A stretch of 64,000 nt of DNA from Octopus sinensis (lineage: Eukaryota): the NCBI RefSeq assembly GCF_006345805.1, contig NC_042997.1, positions 133,610,001 to 133,674,000 of the forward strand. The letters run 5' to 3'. Made by a program: the position numbers and the translations under genes. Within the stretch, counting starts at the first letter, position 1. The number at the start of each line of letters is the position of its first letter. This document shows positions 25,683 to 37,839 of the stretch, one piece after another. Under the pieces are notes generated by a model. The model was not told where the DNA came from and did not search any database. It saw only the letters and a program-made list of their open reading frames with translations.

Positions 25683-25687
<5 letters not shown>
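25448..25687. repeat. Near-perfect 240-bp palindrome (hairpin)
   Basis: Arms of about 117 bp with a 5-nt loop at 25566-25570; they differ by a few 1-nt indels, one substitution and a 4-nt insertion. Confidence 0.95.
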
Positions 25688-25718
<31 letters not shown>

Positions 25719-25719
25719 C

Positions 25720-25933
25720 TTTTAATTACACTTTTGCTTGTTTCAGTCATTTGACTGCGGCCATGATGGACCACCACCTTTAGTCGAGCAAATATCAATC
25801 TTAGAGCTTATTCTTTGTAAGCTTAGTACTTATTCTATTGGTCTCTATTGCCGAACCGCTAAGTTACGGGGATGTAAACACACCAGCATCGGTTGTCAAG
25901 CGATGTTGGGGGGACAAACACAGACACAAGCAT

Positions 25934-25976
<43 letters not shown>

Positions 25977-26140
25977 CATATATATATTCTTTCTTTTCTT
26001 TCTTTTACTTGTTTCAGTCATTTGACTGCGGCTATGCTGGAGCACCACCTTTGGTCAAACAAATCGACCCCAGAGCTTACTCTTTATAACCGCTAAGTTA
26101 CGGGGACGTAAACACATCAACATCGGTTGTCAAACGATGT
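25720..26140 (-). mobile_element. Two partial SINE family B copies (3' portions)
   Basis: Reverse-complement matches at 25720-25930 and 25990-26140. Confidence 0.8.
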
Positions 26141-26194
26141 TGTATATATATATATATATATATATCAAAAGAAAAACAGGATGCAAAGGATTTT

Positions 26195-26281
26195 GCGGTG
26201 CATATGTTTCTGGCTTTATTGAACAATTTATATCAATGCATAATTGATATAACATGTATGTCAACAGCCTTCTTCAGCCGC
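26195..26281 (-). ncRNA. Type I hammerhead motif, long stem II, one core substitution (U16.1C)
   Basis: Minus strand GCGG-CTGAAGA-AGGCT...AGCCA-GAAAC-ATAT-GCA|CCGC. Confidence 0.6.
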
Positions 26282-26632
26282 GTAGAATTACCACACCAAA
26301 GACATGTATTACATTATAGTTGGTTTGAGAAAATGCTTGGGAATAAAACGAGTTTCATTGGGAAGGTAAATCCTCATAGTCATATATGGCATAGCGAGAC
26401 ACCAAAACAAAACGTCCATACCGTTTTTTCACTCGATAAAGAATGAGGGGGTTAGATGTTGAGAGAAAGAGGGAAGGAGTGGAAGGGGGTGAATTTTTAA
26501 TGAAGTTGAGATCACAGAGAGGAAAAAGTATATGTATAAATTTAAACATGATTATACAGGATAATAGTAAGTGCAAAATGCAATAAAAGAGTAAAGATGT
26601 AAATAAATAAGAATATAAACACACACACACAT

Positions 26633-26682
<50 letters not shown>

Positions 26683-26892
26683 CGACGGGCTTCTTCCAGT
26701 TTCCATCAACCAAATCCACTCACAAGGATTTGGTCGGCTCGAGGCTATAGCAAAAGACACTTGCCCAAGATGCCCGCAGTGTGACTGAACCCGGACCATG
26801 TGGTTGGTATTTGACTGAGGCCATGCTGCAGTACCACCTCATATATATATATATATATTATAATAATATATATATATATATATATTTGCCTG

Positions 26893-26926
<34 letters not shown>

Positions 26927-27189
26927 CATGTCTGTCTGTCTATCTATCTTATCTATCTATCAGTTTGCTTGTCTGTAGACAGAGAGAGAAGAGAGGAAGA
27001 GGATGTTAAGAAAAGTTATAGAGTAGACCAGCAGAATAGCATCAATGAACAAGACAAACGATGTGAGTTAAATACCTAGTTCATCATAATATTCTTACTA
27101 AAATATTACTATAACGCTCATATAATTGTAACCGTAGAATTTAAATGGTTCTCGTGATACTTCCCGATAATTTTCCCTACACATTACGT

Positions 27190-27859
27190 TATGAGTTCAA
27201 ATCCCACTGGAGTCAACTTTGTTGGATTTTTTTTTTTTTTTTGTCCTTTCTGGGGTAGATAAAATAAAGTAGCACTCGAATACTATGGTATCGATTAAAC
27301 CCCTCCATTCAAAATTGTTGATCTTGTGCCTAATTAATAAAGACGACGAACTAGCGGAAACTTTACTGTGCCGGACTAAATGCTTAGCAGTATTTCGTCT
27401 GCCGCTACGTTCTGAGTTCAAATTCCGCCGAGGTTGACTTTGCCTTTCATCCTTTCGGAGTCGATTAAATAAGTACCAGTTACGCACTGGGGTCGATATA
27501 ATCGACTTAATCCGTTTGTCTCTTCTTGTGTGTCCTCTCTGTGTTTAGTCCCTTGTGGGTAGTAAAGAAATAGGTATTTCATCCAACTTTGCGTTCTGAG
27601 TGCAACTTTGCTTTTCATCGATAAAATAAAATAGGAGTCAAATACCGAAATTGTGGGCATCGACTCACCCCGTCCCTTTGAGATGACTGGCCTTGTGACT
27701 GAAGCAGAAACCGTTATAATTCCGGCTCTTTACGTTCTGAGTTCAAATTCCGCCGAGGTTGACTTTGCCTTTCATCTTTTCAAGAAATAAGAACAAATTA
27801 GGCACCAAGGTCGATGTAATTAACATACCGCTTCCCCCTAATATTACTGGATTTGTGCC

Positions 27860-27860
<1 letters not shown>
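27190..27860 (+). mobile_element. Nested SINE family A cluster, with a young copy followed by GGTATT inside an older copy
   Basis: The young copy at about 27343-27570 ends gtaaagaaata|ggtatttc and continues into degenerate SINE sequence. Confidence 0.8.
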
Positions 27861-27893
<33 letters not shown>

Positions 27894-28386
27894 TAGCATC
27901 ATCATTATCATCGTCATCATCATCATTATCATTATCATCATTATATTATCTAAGAATGCCGTAATTTAAAAATAGCATGACCTATCTAAATGTGGTATTT
28001 GCCGTATGAAATACCAATGAGTGCAAATGGCAAAGTACTATGTAAATCATTGATAGATACATATATATGTGCGTATGTGTGCGTGTGTGTGTGTGTGTAT
28101 GTGTATGTGTGTGCAGGTGTGCGTGAGTGTGTATGTGTATGTATGTGTGTGTGTGTGGTGTGTGTGTGTGTTGTGTGTGTGTGTGTGTGTGTGTGTGTCT
28201 GTGTCTGTGTGTGTATTTCCTCTGCAACGGCAGTAAATCAAGAGATAAGAACGCCAATATCCTCTTAATGCCATTGAGAAGAAAATATCCTCAATGCCAG
28301 CTCCTTTTATAAGAAGAAAAATACTCATGTTCCGAAACAGATACACACATACATACACACACACGCGCGCACACACAGACACACAG

Positions 28387-28417
<31 letters not shown>

Positions 28418-28640
28418 TACACATATACATACTGACGCAAGTGTGCGAGATACGAACACTGACATGCACACAGAAAATGCAATATAGCCTCATACACGTA
28501 ATCATAAAAAGCACCGCTTACCACCCACGCTTCACACAGTATTATACATACGTTCACGCGCACACATACATCCGGCACACACATACACACATCAGACCAT
28601 GAAGATTTTCCTACGTGTACACACGTAAAACACTTGCACC

Positions 28641-28682
<42 letters not shown>

Positions 28683-28719
28683 TATATATTATATATAATA
28701 TATATAATATATACGTATG

Positions 28720-28940
28720 TATATGTTTCTATGTCTATGTTTGTTCCATCAACATCGCTTGACAACCGATGCTGGTGTGTTCATGGCCCCGTAACTTAGT
28801 GTTTCGGCAAACGTGACCGATAGAATAAGTACTAAGCTTACAAAGAATAAGTACTGGGCTCGATTTGGTCTACTAAAGACGGTGGTCTAGTATGGCCGCA
28901 GTCAAATGACTGGAAAAAAAATGAAAGAATAAAAGAATAA
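28720..28940 (+). mobile_element. SINE family B, 3' half
   Basis: Body and tail match the consensus. Confidence 0.75.
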
Positions 28941-28959
28941 AGAATATCTTTGCGTGTGT

Positions 28960-28998
<39 letters not shown>

Positions 28999-29005
28999 AG
29001 TGTGT

Positions 29006-29062
<57 letters not shown>

Positions 29063-29317
29063 CGGTTTTGTTAAATGGAATCATTGGTTACCAATTGTAA
29101 CGGTTGTTGTTAAGGTGTTGGTTGCCAGTACGCAAGCTGGAAGAAGAGCAGTGATCGAAGTTGTAAAGAAATATTTATTTACCGTTACTTTAATATATAC
29201 CATACCACGACGGGTAAGCTACTGTAAGCACAGTTCGTAAAGCATGCAAGGTAAAGAAAGTTAATTTCAGCCTGTATATCTGTGTACACGATCTCATAGT
29301 ATATATATAGAGATAGA

Positions 29318-31040
29318 TGTGGTAATGTTGCAGAGAAAAGAAATTGAGTTAGTGAAAGTGAGAGTGGTGGGATGAAACAACTGCTTCGTTGGTGAATTAC
29401 CATAGTTGTCCCTTTGTACCTTTTCCTTCAGAGACGGCATTTTGTTCAGCCGGTCAAACAGACTCAGTTCTCCCTAACTGATTTTGGCATACGGAGTTCT
29501 TGTTTTTATAACTATCCAAAAGCAGCCAGAAGGACAGGCATATTGTTGACGACAACAGATTTCGTTGGTGGTCTGTTATCTCTGTTCTAGCTTTTGGTGG
29601 CCTAGAAGAGGTTAGAAGTGTCAAGTGGCAAACACATAAATTCTACTTGGCGAAGGCATCTGGCAAATGTAACTGCTGTCATTCACAGTGAGGGAAGTGC
29701 TGTTGAACTGTTAAGTGACATCTGACTATCGAGGATCGAATCCACGCTATGCCTGCATGAAACCACTACATCACTCCCTCTCCAGAGTGGTTCCGAGAAA
29801 AGGAAACGAACGATTGAGGAAGAGAAATGCATGGCTGAGGAAAAATCTTGCATATCAGGAGAGAGAGGATCATTGAAATGTATACGGGACAGATCTTTAT
29901 TCAAATGAGTTTGAATAGTGGTGTCGCTTTGCGTGCCAGAATGTGTGGTCAGCGACTGAGCAGTACGGAAAAGAAGATTGCGCGTGCGTGCACGTGATGG
30001 CGGAAACACGAGTGCAGGTGCACGTATGAAAGAAAATTCACTATAAAATAAGTTGAGCGAGTGAGTGTATTCTCAATCCATGGTATCGAAGATCTTCCTG
30101 CAGGATTGCAGTGTGTGAAATGCCTTGAGGGTTTTTCAGAAGTGAAATGTGTCTGGCGCTGTTGTCGTGGGTAATTGCTGAGGTTAGCAAAAACGACAGT
30201 GTAGCATGCTGGAGTGATGCGCGATAGTACTACATTTCTTTTAACAAGCGACGCAACCCCTTAACCCAAGCACGGATGCCCTTGTTAATGTTCGTCCACA
30301 GAAAACGAGTTGATATCATCTTTTGTGTGGGACGAATGTCAGGGTGTCACAGGCAGTGAAGGACAGTGAAAATATGTCGTCGGTATTGTTCAGGGACATA
30401 AGGACGTTCGTGACCAGTGGAGGTATCGCACCATATCTGACAGGTAGAAGATAATGGGAACAGATGAAACTTGAGGGACGACGAATTCCGGTATTTATTA
30501 AGCTCTTCGTCGTTTTTCTGATCTGCCGTGATCAGGTAAAGATTGATAGTCTATGGAGTGTGTAGGGCGTTAAGATGGACGCGTGAAAGCGCGTCTGCTG
30601 CTGTGTTGTCTGAGCCTTTGATATGCCGAATATCTGTGGAATATTGGGCGATGAAGTCGAGGTGACGGACTTCTCTGGGAGAATAGCAGTCAGATCTTTT
30701 TCTAGCGGTTTATAGTCCGTGTAGATGCTGAAAACGGACCCTTCTCACATATGGTGGAAGTGTTTAACGGACAGATACGCAACCAGTAGCTCACGTCCAA
30801 AAGTACTGTATTTAGCCTCCGCAGGCTGAAGACGTTTGGTAAAAAAGGACAATGGTTGCCAAACGCCAGCCACCAACTGCTGAAGGACACTACCAACTCC
30901 AGACATGGACGCATCAACCAGTGAAGTGAGGTAAACCAGCGTCATGGCCCTAACTAGCATATCCTTTAGTTTATTGAAGGAGACCAGCTCTGCGTCACCT
31001 AAAGTTATAACCTGTCTCTTCGTTTTGTTGCGCAGAACAT
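29318..31040 (-). mobile_element. Truncated Gypsy LTR retrotransposon: RT end, RNase H, internally deleted integrase, PPT and 3' LTR (29318-29770)
   Basis: VDASMSGVGSVLQQ...WQPLSFFTKRLQPAEAKYSTFGRELL (RNase H); RHLDFIAQYSTDIRHIKG..N..ADALSR; PPT GGAGAGGGAGTGA (29771-29783) directly before TGTAG; LTR ends ...TTACCACA. Confidence 0.88.
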
Positions 31041-31042
31041 CT

Positions 31043-31121
31043 GGACATATGGTGTAATGGTTAAGAGCGCGGGCTACTAACCTCAAGATTCCGAGTTCGA
31101 TTCCAGGCAGTGACCTGAATA

Positions 31122-31168
<47 letters not shown>

Positions 31169-31360
31169 AATAATAACATCGAAAAATACCTTAGGAATGA
31201 GAACCCAGATTCAAAATTTCTCCATGACACCTGATGAAGGCTGGAGGGTGTATCAGCTGAAACGTTATGTTAACAACAAACAAGATGAGGACAAATATCC
31301 GTCAAATGTAAATAATGTAAATAATGTACGTAATTCCTCATCTCATAAATATAGAACTGC
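31043..31360 (+). mobile_element. SINE family C: tRNA-Arg-like head + (AAT)n + hammerhead-bearing body
   Basis: A box TGGTGTAATGG, B box GAGTTCGATTCC, AAGATTCC..GTTCGA.TCC.GGC as in tRNA-Arg(ACG); hammerhead motif at 31226-31271. Confidence 0.85.
31226..31271 (+). ncRNA. Minimal type I hammerhead motif inside SINE C
   Basis: GACAC-CTGATGA-A-GGCTG(10 nt)CAGCT-GAAAC-GTT|ATGTT. Confidence 0.55.
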
Positions 31361-31463
31361 ATCTATGCTGCTTTCATAGCTATACTGCGCTCGAAATTTA
31401 CTTCCTTATCTATAAAATACCAATACATTCGGCACTTCCAAAGTTTGTTTATCCTGTGTCTGC

Positions 31464-31496
<33 letters not shown>

Positions 31497-31543
31497 TGTG
31501 TGTGTGTGCGTGTCTGTGCGTGTGTGTGCGTGTGTGTGTGTGT

Positions 31544-31574
<31 letters not shown>

Positions 31575-31796
31575 CGCGTGTGTGTGTGTGTGTGCGCGTG
31601 TGTGTGAAGTTATACTTAATGCGCTCGAAGAATAAATTCATTAGACTGTTAGTGACGTCATTTGGCCGACTCTTTTCATAACGAAAGGTCTTCTTCCCAC
31701 GCCAGATTGTAATCAAACATACTAATTATGACTTCACAACAATATTTCATTCAACGCAGTTTCGTGCGACTTTAGTCAATTAATTTGAGTTTGAAT

Positions 31797-32212
31797 GGCG
31801 CAGGAATTGCTGTGTGGTAAGTAGCTTGCTTACCAACCACATGGTTCCGGGTTCAGTCCTACTGCGTGGCACCTTGGGCAAGTGTCTTCTACTATAGCCT
31901 CGGGTCGGCCAAAATCTTGTGAGTGGATTTGGTAGACGGAAACTGAAAGAAGCCCGTCGTATATATGTATATGTATATATGTGTGTATATGTTTGTGTGT
32001 CTGTGTTTGTCCCCCCCCCCAACATCGCTTGACAACCGATGCTGGTGTGTTTACGTCCCCGTAACTTAGCGGTTCGGCAAAAGAGACCGATAGAATAAGT
32101 ACTAGGCTTACTAAGAATAAGTCCTGGGGTCGATTTGCTTGACTAAAGGCGGTGCTCCAGCATGGCCTCAGTCAAATGACTGAAACAAGCAAAAGAGTAA
32201 AGAGTAAAGAGT
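31797..32212 (+). mobile_element. SINE family B, full length, near consensus
   Basis: Head, CORE-like segment, internal microsatellite and tail all present. Confidence 0.9.
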
Positions 32213-32309
32213 TTGAGGAAATGCTATTGCACAATAGCGAATGTACAAATTGCTGTTGTAATATAAGAACGAATCGTTATTTTGGGTATAAGAATGGCAG
32301 ATTGGGTAT

Positions 32310-32356
32310 TCATAGCTGATGACGTGTAACAAGGCAGAAACATATGCGTCCTATGA
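32310..32356 (+). ncRNA. Type I hammerhead candidate, intact core with GUC site, eroded stem II
   Basis: TCATAG-CTGATGA-cgtgtaacaaggca-GAAAC-ATATGC-GTC|CTATGA. Confidence 0.65.
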
Positions 32357-32548
32357 TCGAATGACGTCATTCACAGCCCAATATGTTTTCATGCATGTTA
32401 TCGAGGAGAAGTTTCTTTCGAGACTATATTCGCAGCGGAGAATACTCGTTGTGTTAAATATGACTACACAAAAGTATTTCAATCAATGCTCCTAAGCACA
32501 TACACGCACACATACCCACACACATACGACACGAGCGCGCATATCTGC

Positions 32549-32612
<64 letters not shown>

Positions 32613-32634
32613 ACAGACAGACAGACAGACAGAC

Positions 32635-32703
<69 letters not shown>

Positions 32704-32830
32704 TAGACAGATAGATAGATAAAGAGACATACAGACAGACAGATATTTGGATAGACACACAGGCAAATGTATAAATAGACATTGAGACAGAAATAGAGAC
32801 ACAGACAGATATATTGACAGTCAGACAAAC

Positions 32831-32898
<68 letters not shown>

Positions 32899-34230
32899 GT
32901 AAAAATAGCCAGACAGATACATAGGCAGATTTACTGACACAGAGACACATATATAGACAAATAGATACTTAGGCAGACACACATACACACACAAAAACAC
33001 ACACGTGCACGCACACACACACACATATGCAAGCGCACGCACACACGCACACACATAGACAGACAGATATATAAATAGACGGACTGACAGACAGATATAT
33101 AAACAAGCAGATATACAGATATACAAATAGACAGACACATATACGTAGACAGAGAGATGGTGTAAACAATAACAAAAATACAAAAAAATTCCTTAAACAA
33201 GGCCATTCCCTGTAGTTGACCTAATTGTTTATTCATGCATAAACGGTTTAAATCAGTAGAAAGTGCCAAGGGTCTTTATGAGCATCGACTACTTTAGTAT
33301 CTAAGAACCACATACATCAGATGGCGCTGCCTGGCAGCATCGAAATGGTAAAAAAAAAAAAAAGTGTTTATTGTTTTATGTATTTTTATATCTATTTATA
33401 ATTTGTTTTTGTGGTTGTTGGTTTCTTTGTGGGATTTGTTTTATAGTTCCCAGATTATATTTCTGGAAACCAGTATGTTCTTAATTTTTCCCCCTTTTTT
33501 TTATTTTAATTTTCTTTTTGTCCTTTTCTTTCTTTTTTATACCTGTTTTTTTTCTTTATTTAGCATATTATTTTGTTGTCGGTTGTTGTAATGATGATGA
33601 TGATGATGATGATGATGACGTCGGTCACGATGGTGAAGCTAACATGGTGGTGATGGCGACGATGATGGTGGTGGAGGTGGTGGTGGTGGTGATGATGATA
33701 ATGATGAAGATGATGTCCTTTTGTTGTTTAACTCTAATAAAGCAAATCTAAGCTCAAAGTGTTCCAACCATGGCTATCACATTTTATTTTTAAACAGTAT
33801 GCCGTAGTCTGTTGGCCAAACTTTTATTTTTCCAACATTTCATACGCAATTCGAGTAAATATTGAAAAGAATGACGCAATGGAGACAGAATTGGAAGTGC
33901 ACTGTAACCAGTGATGTATAACAGCATCTGATAGTCTGGTCAGTTCTGTGATACACACGCACACACACACACACACACACCTTGTGATCCTATGCTTCAT
34001 GTGGAAGGCCGTCCTATATATGTGGGTCTTTGAGCTTGTAACCCACCATCACCACCACCACCACCACTACCTCTTGATTACCGGTGCTGACCCTGTAAGT
34101 TAGCGGTTCCGCAAAAGAAAGTATTGGGGCTTACTTTTTCGATTAGACCTTTCAATACGACGCCCCAACATGGCTGCGTTACCATGAATGAAGGAAGTAA
34201 AAGATAAAAGATACGGTGAAAAGAAATATA

Positions 34231-34890
34231 CAGTAATCACTCGACATATCGCGGTTCACCTATCGCGTCCTCAGCACATCGCGGATATTTCTGACTAATG
34301 TATGTAAATTTGTGTCGTGGACTACACAGTATATACGGGTTTCTGCGACCGATGCGTATTTATATTTTTTTTCCGATTCTAATTATTTCTGTAGTAAAAT
34401 AAGCATTTTCACGCCTAAAAATTAATAGATTAATAAATAAAAACACGGTACAGTACTGCACTGCACTGTATAACACATTAATTAAAATATATTAAAAGAA
34501 AATACGCGCAGAAGTGGCTGTGTGGTAAGTAGCTTGTTTACCAACCACATGGTCCCGGGTTCATTCCCACTGCGTGGCACCTTGGGTAAGTGTCTTCTAC
34601 TATAGCCTCGGGCCGACCAAAGCCTTGTGAGTGGATTTGGTTGATGGAAACTGGAAGAAGCCTGTCATATATAAGTATATGTATATGTGTGCGTATATGT
34701 TTGTGTGTCTGCATTTGTCTCCAACATCACTTGACAACCGATGCTGGTGTGTTTACGTCCCCGTAACTTAGCGGTTCGTGTTGTTTTGCATTCATAATAG
34801 AATAAATATATGCAAGTTATAAAAATAATAAAAATATACAGTACTGTTTCTACTTCGCGGATTTTCATCTATCGCAGCGGGTTTTTTTTT
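34231..34890 (+). mobile_element. pogo/Tigger-like MITE, interrupted by a SINE B (34506-34778); right end missing
   Basis: TA|CAGTAATCACTCGACATATCGCGG start with repeated tatcgcg motifs; resumes after the SINE. Confidence 0.55.
34506..34778 (+). mobile_element. SINE family B, 3'-truncated
   Basis: Head and body match the consensus. Confidence 0.85.
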
Positions 34891-35302
34891 TTTGTTTACA
34901 CATTCAGCAGCAACAAGTGAGATTACACGGATATCTTTCATTCTGAAAGACATGCTTCATCTGCAAGTAGATTGAAATGCGAAGACGCCAACTGTTTGGA
35001 GTAATAAGTAAATTTATTGCAGAGAATAGAGCAATAATGTTGATGGTGACCACGCTGGACAAAATTCTTAGCTGCACTTTTCATCTGACTTTATGTTCTG
35101 AGTTCAAATTCCACCGAGGTAACCATTGCCTTTCATCCTTTCAGAGTCGATGAAATAAGTACCAGTTGAGCATCGGGGTCGATTTAATCGACTAATCTCT
35201 CCTACCAAAATTTTAGGTCTTATGCCTATAATGGAAAGAATAATATTTTCTACTCTAGGCACAAGGCCCCAATTTTTTTTTTGGAGGGGGGGGAATCTTG
35301 TA

Positions 35303-35354
<52 letters not shown>

Positions 35355-35355
<1 letters not shown>

Positions 35356-35899
35356 GAGTGAGAGAGCAGTGCATGCCATCAAAGTGACACTGGGGTAAAA
35401 TATACGAAGCCCAGTATACCCATCATGACTACATGTATGAAAAGGGTACACTAGGCACATGCATCACAGCCATATCTGCGCGACATGGTGATCTTGTATC
35501 AAGATAAACAGCACATGACCTTGCAGGTGGGGCCCAGTTAGAATTTTCTTCTGGTCGAGTAACCCATTCCGCTCAAAAGATCCCTGAATGATGGTTGTTT
35601 AAGGATGTTGAACGAAACATCCATGTTTCCAGAGATGAATTATTCAAACCCCAAAGATTCCATCTCAACACATGGCTATGATGCTCCCCTACTACTTCTG
35701 CTCGTATTCAGTGATGCACATTTAGTCAGCCACTAAGGGACATGGTCAACTGGTTAAGGTCAAACAACTGACAAGCAAATCTGTGGTATTGAGCAGAATA
35801 TTTGCTGTAGCCCTTCTTTTATACCAAGACAAAACAATGTATATGATAACACTTCCAATCAGTTAAGATCAGAAGCAACAAGAGCCACTACATCAGGGC
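35355..35899 (-). mobile_element. Non-coding interspersed repeat (about 550 bp) ending in (AAT)n
   Basis: Homologous in opposite orientation to 54634-55440; ATT/ATC repeats on both sides. Confidence 0.8.
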
Positions 35900-35980
35900 A
35901 ATTATCATCATTGTTATTATTATTATTGTTATCATCATCATCATCATTATCATCATCATCATCATTATTATTATTATTAC

Positions 35981-36040
<60 letters not shown>

Positions 36041-36044
<4 letters not shown>

Positions 36045-36222
36045 TAGTTTTATTTTTTATAGCGTGCTTTCACTTCACTACCGAGCGCAGCTCTGTGTGC
36101 CTTGGGTATGTGCTGTGATTTGTTGTGACGCTCTGATGGTTATTGTATGGAAAGTGTTCCGCGTAGGATGTGTGCAGTGCCTAGTAGTGCAATTTTCTGT
36201 ATGTTATATGTGTTTGTAATAT
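36041..36222 (-). mobile_element. 3' UTR of an R4/Dong-type element (related to 15135-15310)
   Basis: Clear similarity to tcagtagctttag...gctctgtgtgccttgggtatgtgctgtg; flanked by (ATT)n. Confidence 0.8.
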
Positions 36223-36277
36223 GTTGTTGTTGTTATTATTATTATTATTATTATTACTATTATTATTATTATATAGT

Positions 36278-36465
36278 AGGAGTGGCTGTGTGGTAAGTAG
36301 CTTGCTTTCCAACCACATGGTTCCGGGTTCAGTCCCGCTGCGTGGCACCTTGGGCAAGCGCCTTCTAATATAGCCTCGGGCCGACCAAAACCTTGTGAGT
36401 GGATTTGGTACGCGGAAACTGAAAGAAGCCTGTCGTATATATGTATATTTATGTGTGTGCGTATG

Positions 36466-36496
<31 letters not shown>

Positions 36497-36686
36497 TGCT
36501 TGCATGTCAGTGTTTGTTCCCCCCAGCATTGCTTGACAACCGATGCTGGTGTGTTTACGCCCCCGCAACTTAGCGGTTCGGCTAAATTGACCGATAGAAT
36601 AAGTACTAGGCTTACAAAGAATAAGTCCTGGGGTCGATTTGCTCGACTGAAAGGCGATGCTCCAGCAAGTAAAAGAGTAAATGTGT
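36278..36686 (+). mobile_element. SINE family B
   Basis: Matches the consensus, with a deletion in the tail. Confidence 0.85.
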
Positions 36687-36742
36687 AAAGATTATTATTA
36701 TTATTATTAGTAGTAGTAGTAGTAGTAGTAGCAGCAGCAGTG

Positions 36743-36800
<58 letters not shown>

Positions 36801-36955
36801 CGGTTGCGGCGGCGGCTACTTGCGGTAAGGGTGTAGAGAGCAAATAGCATTTGGAAAGAAATGAGTGGAGGAAGTAGCAGCGATGAGAGTAGATGGTTCC
36901 GGTGGCTGTATGTCGGTAATAACGATGATTTGGGTGCTAATGTTGATGGTTATTA

Positions 36956-37660
36956 TCAGGGCACAATCAAGAGTGTGAGGGAGGAGCGTGGGGGCGACAG
37001 CAGCGTTGGTGATGGTGATGACAAGCAATGGGGAGAGAAGGAGGAAGAGTAACTGTCCTTGCGGTGGTATTGGTGGAGGTGGTAGGGGTGATGCTGGGGG
37101 TAGTCTTGATAATGATGATAGTGGTAGTTGTGGTGGTGGTGATTGTAGTATTGGTAGCGGTAGTGGTAGTGGTGGTAGGGGTGGTAGTAATTGTGGTGGT
37201 GTTGGGGAGGGTGATAGTGGTAGTTGTGGTGGTGGTGGTGGTGGTGGTTGTAGTATTGGTAGCGGTAGTGGTAGTAGTGGTGGTAGTGTTGTGGTGGTGG
37301 TGATAGTAATTGTGGTGGTGTTGGGAAGGGTGCTAGTGGTAGTTGTGGTGGTGGTGGTGGTGGTGGTTGTAGTATTGGTAGCGGTAGTGGTAGTAGTGGT
37401 GGTAGTGTTGTGGTGGTGGTGATAGTAATTGTGGTGGTGTTGGGAAGGGTGCTAGTGGTAGTTGTGGTGGTTGTGGTTGTGGTAGTTGCGATGGTGGTGG
37501 TAGTTGTGGTAGTGGTAGTGGTAGTGGTAGTGGTGGTGGTGATGGTGGTGGTAGTTGTTGTGGAGTGGTGGTAGAGGTGGTTGTGGTGGTGGTGGTGGTA
37601 GTTGTGGTGGTAGTTGTAGTTGTGGTGGAGTGGTGGTGGTTGTGGTTGTGGCAACGGATG
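36956..37660. repeat. (GGT/AGT)n low-complexity tract with an internal minisatellite of about 120 bp
   Basis: Repeated gatagtaattgtggtggtgttggg(a/g)agggtg(a/c)tagtgg units. Confidence 0.9.
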
Positions 37661-37839
37661 CAGTGGTGACAGCGATGGCGATTTATTTATTTGTTTCTCT
37701 CCTTATGTGTTTATTTGACTAAAATGTCAGGAAGTAATAGCGGGTTGTGATGTCGAGGGTGATGGATAAATATCAAAGAAGGGAATTAAGGAATAACAGA
37801 AAGAATGAAATGGAAGACAGAAGACGTGGGGAATAAGAT

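Noticed and set aside
31043-31118. Possible tRNA gene (also 48525 and 10049)
   Set aside because: A and B boxes are present, but the cloverleaf acceptor pairing is not, and each continues into a repeat body: these are SINE heads.
36956-37654. His/Thr/Pro-rich ORF resembling a mucin or extensin
   Set aside because: Translation of (ACC/ACT)n repeats. The same applies to the many HT, CV, YI and poly-I/N/L ORFs in the track.
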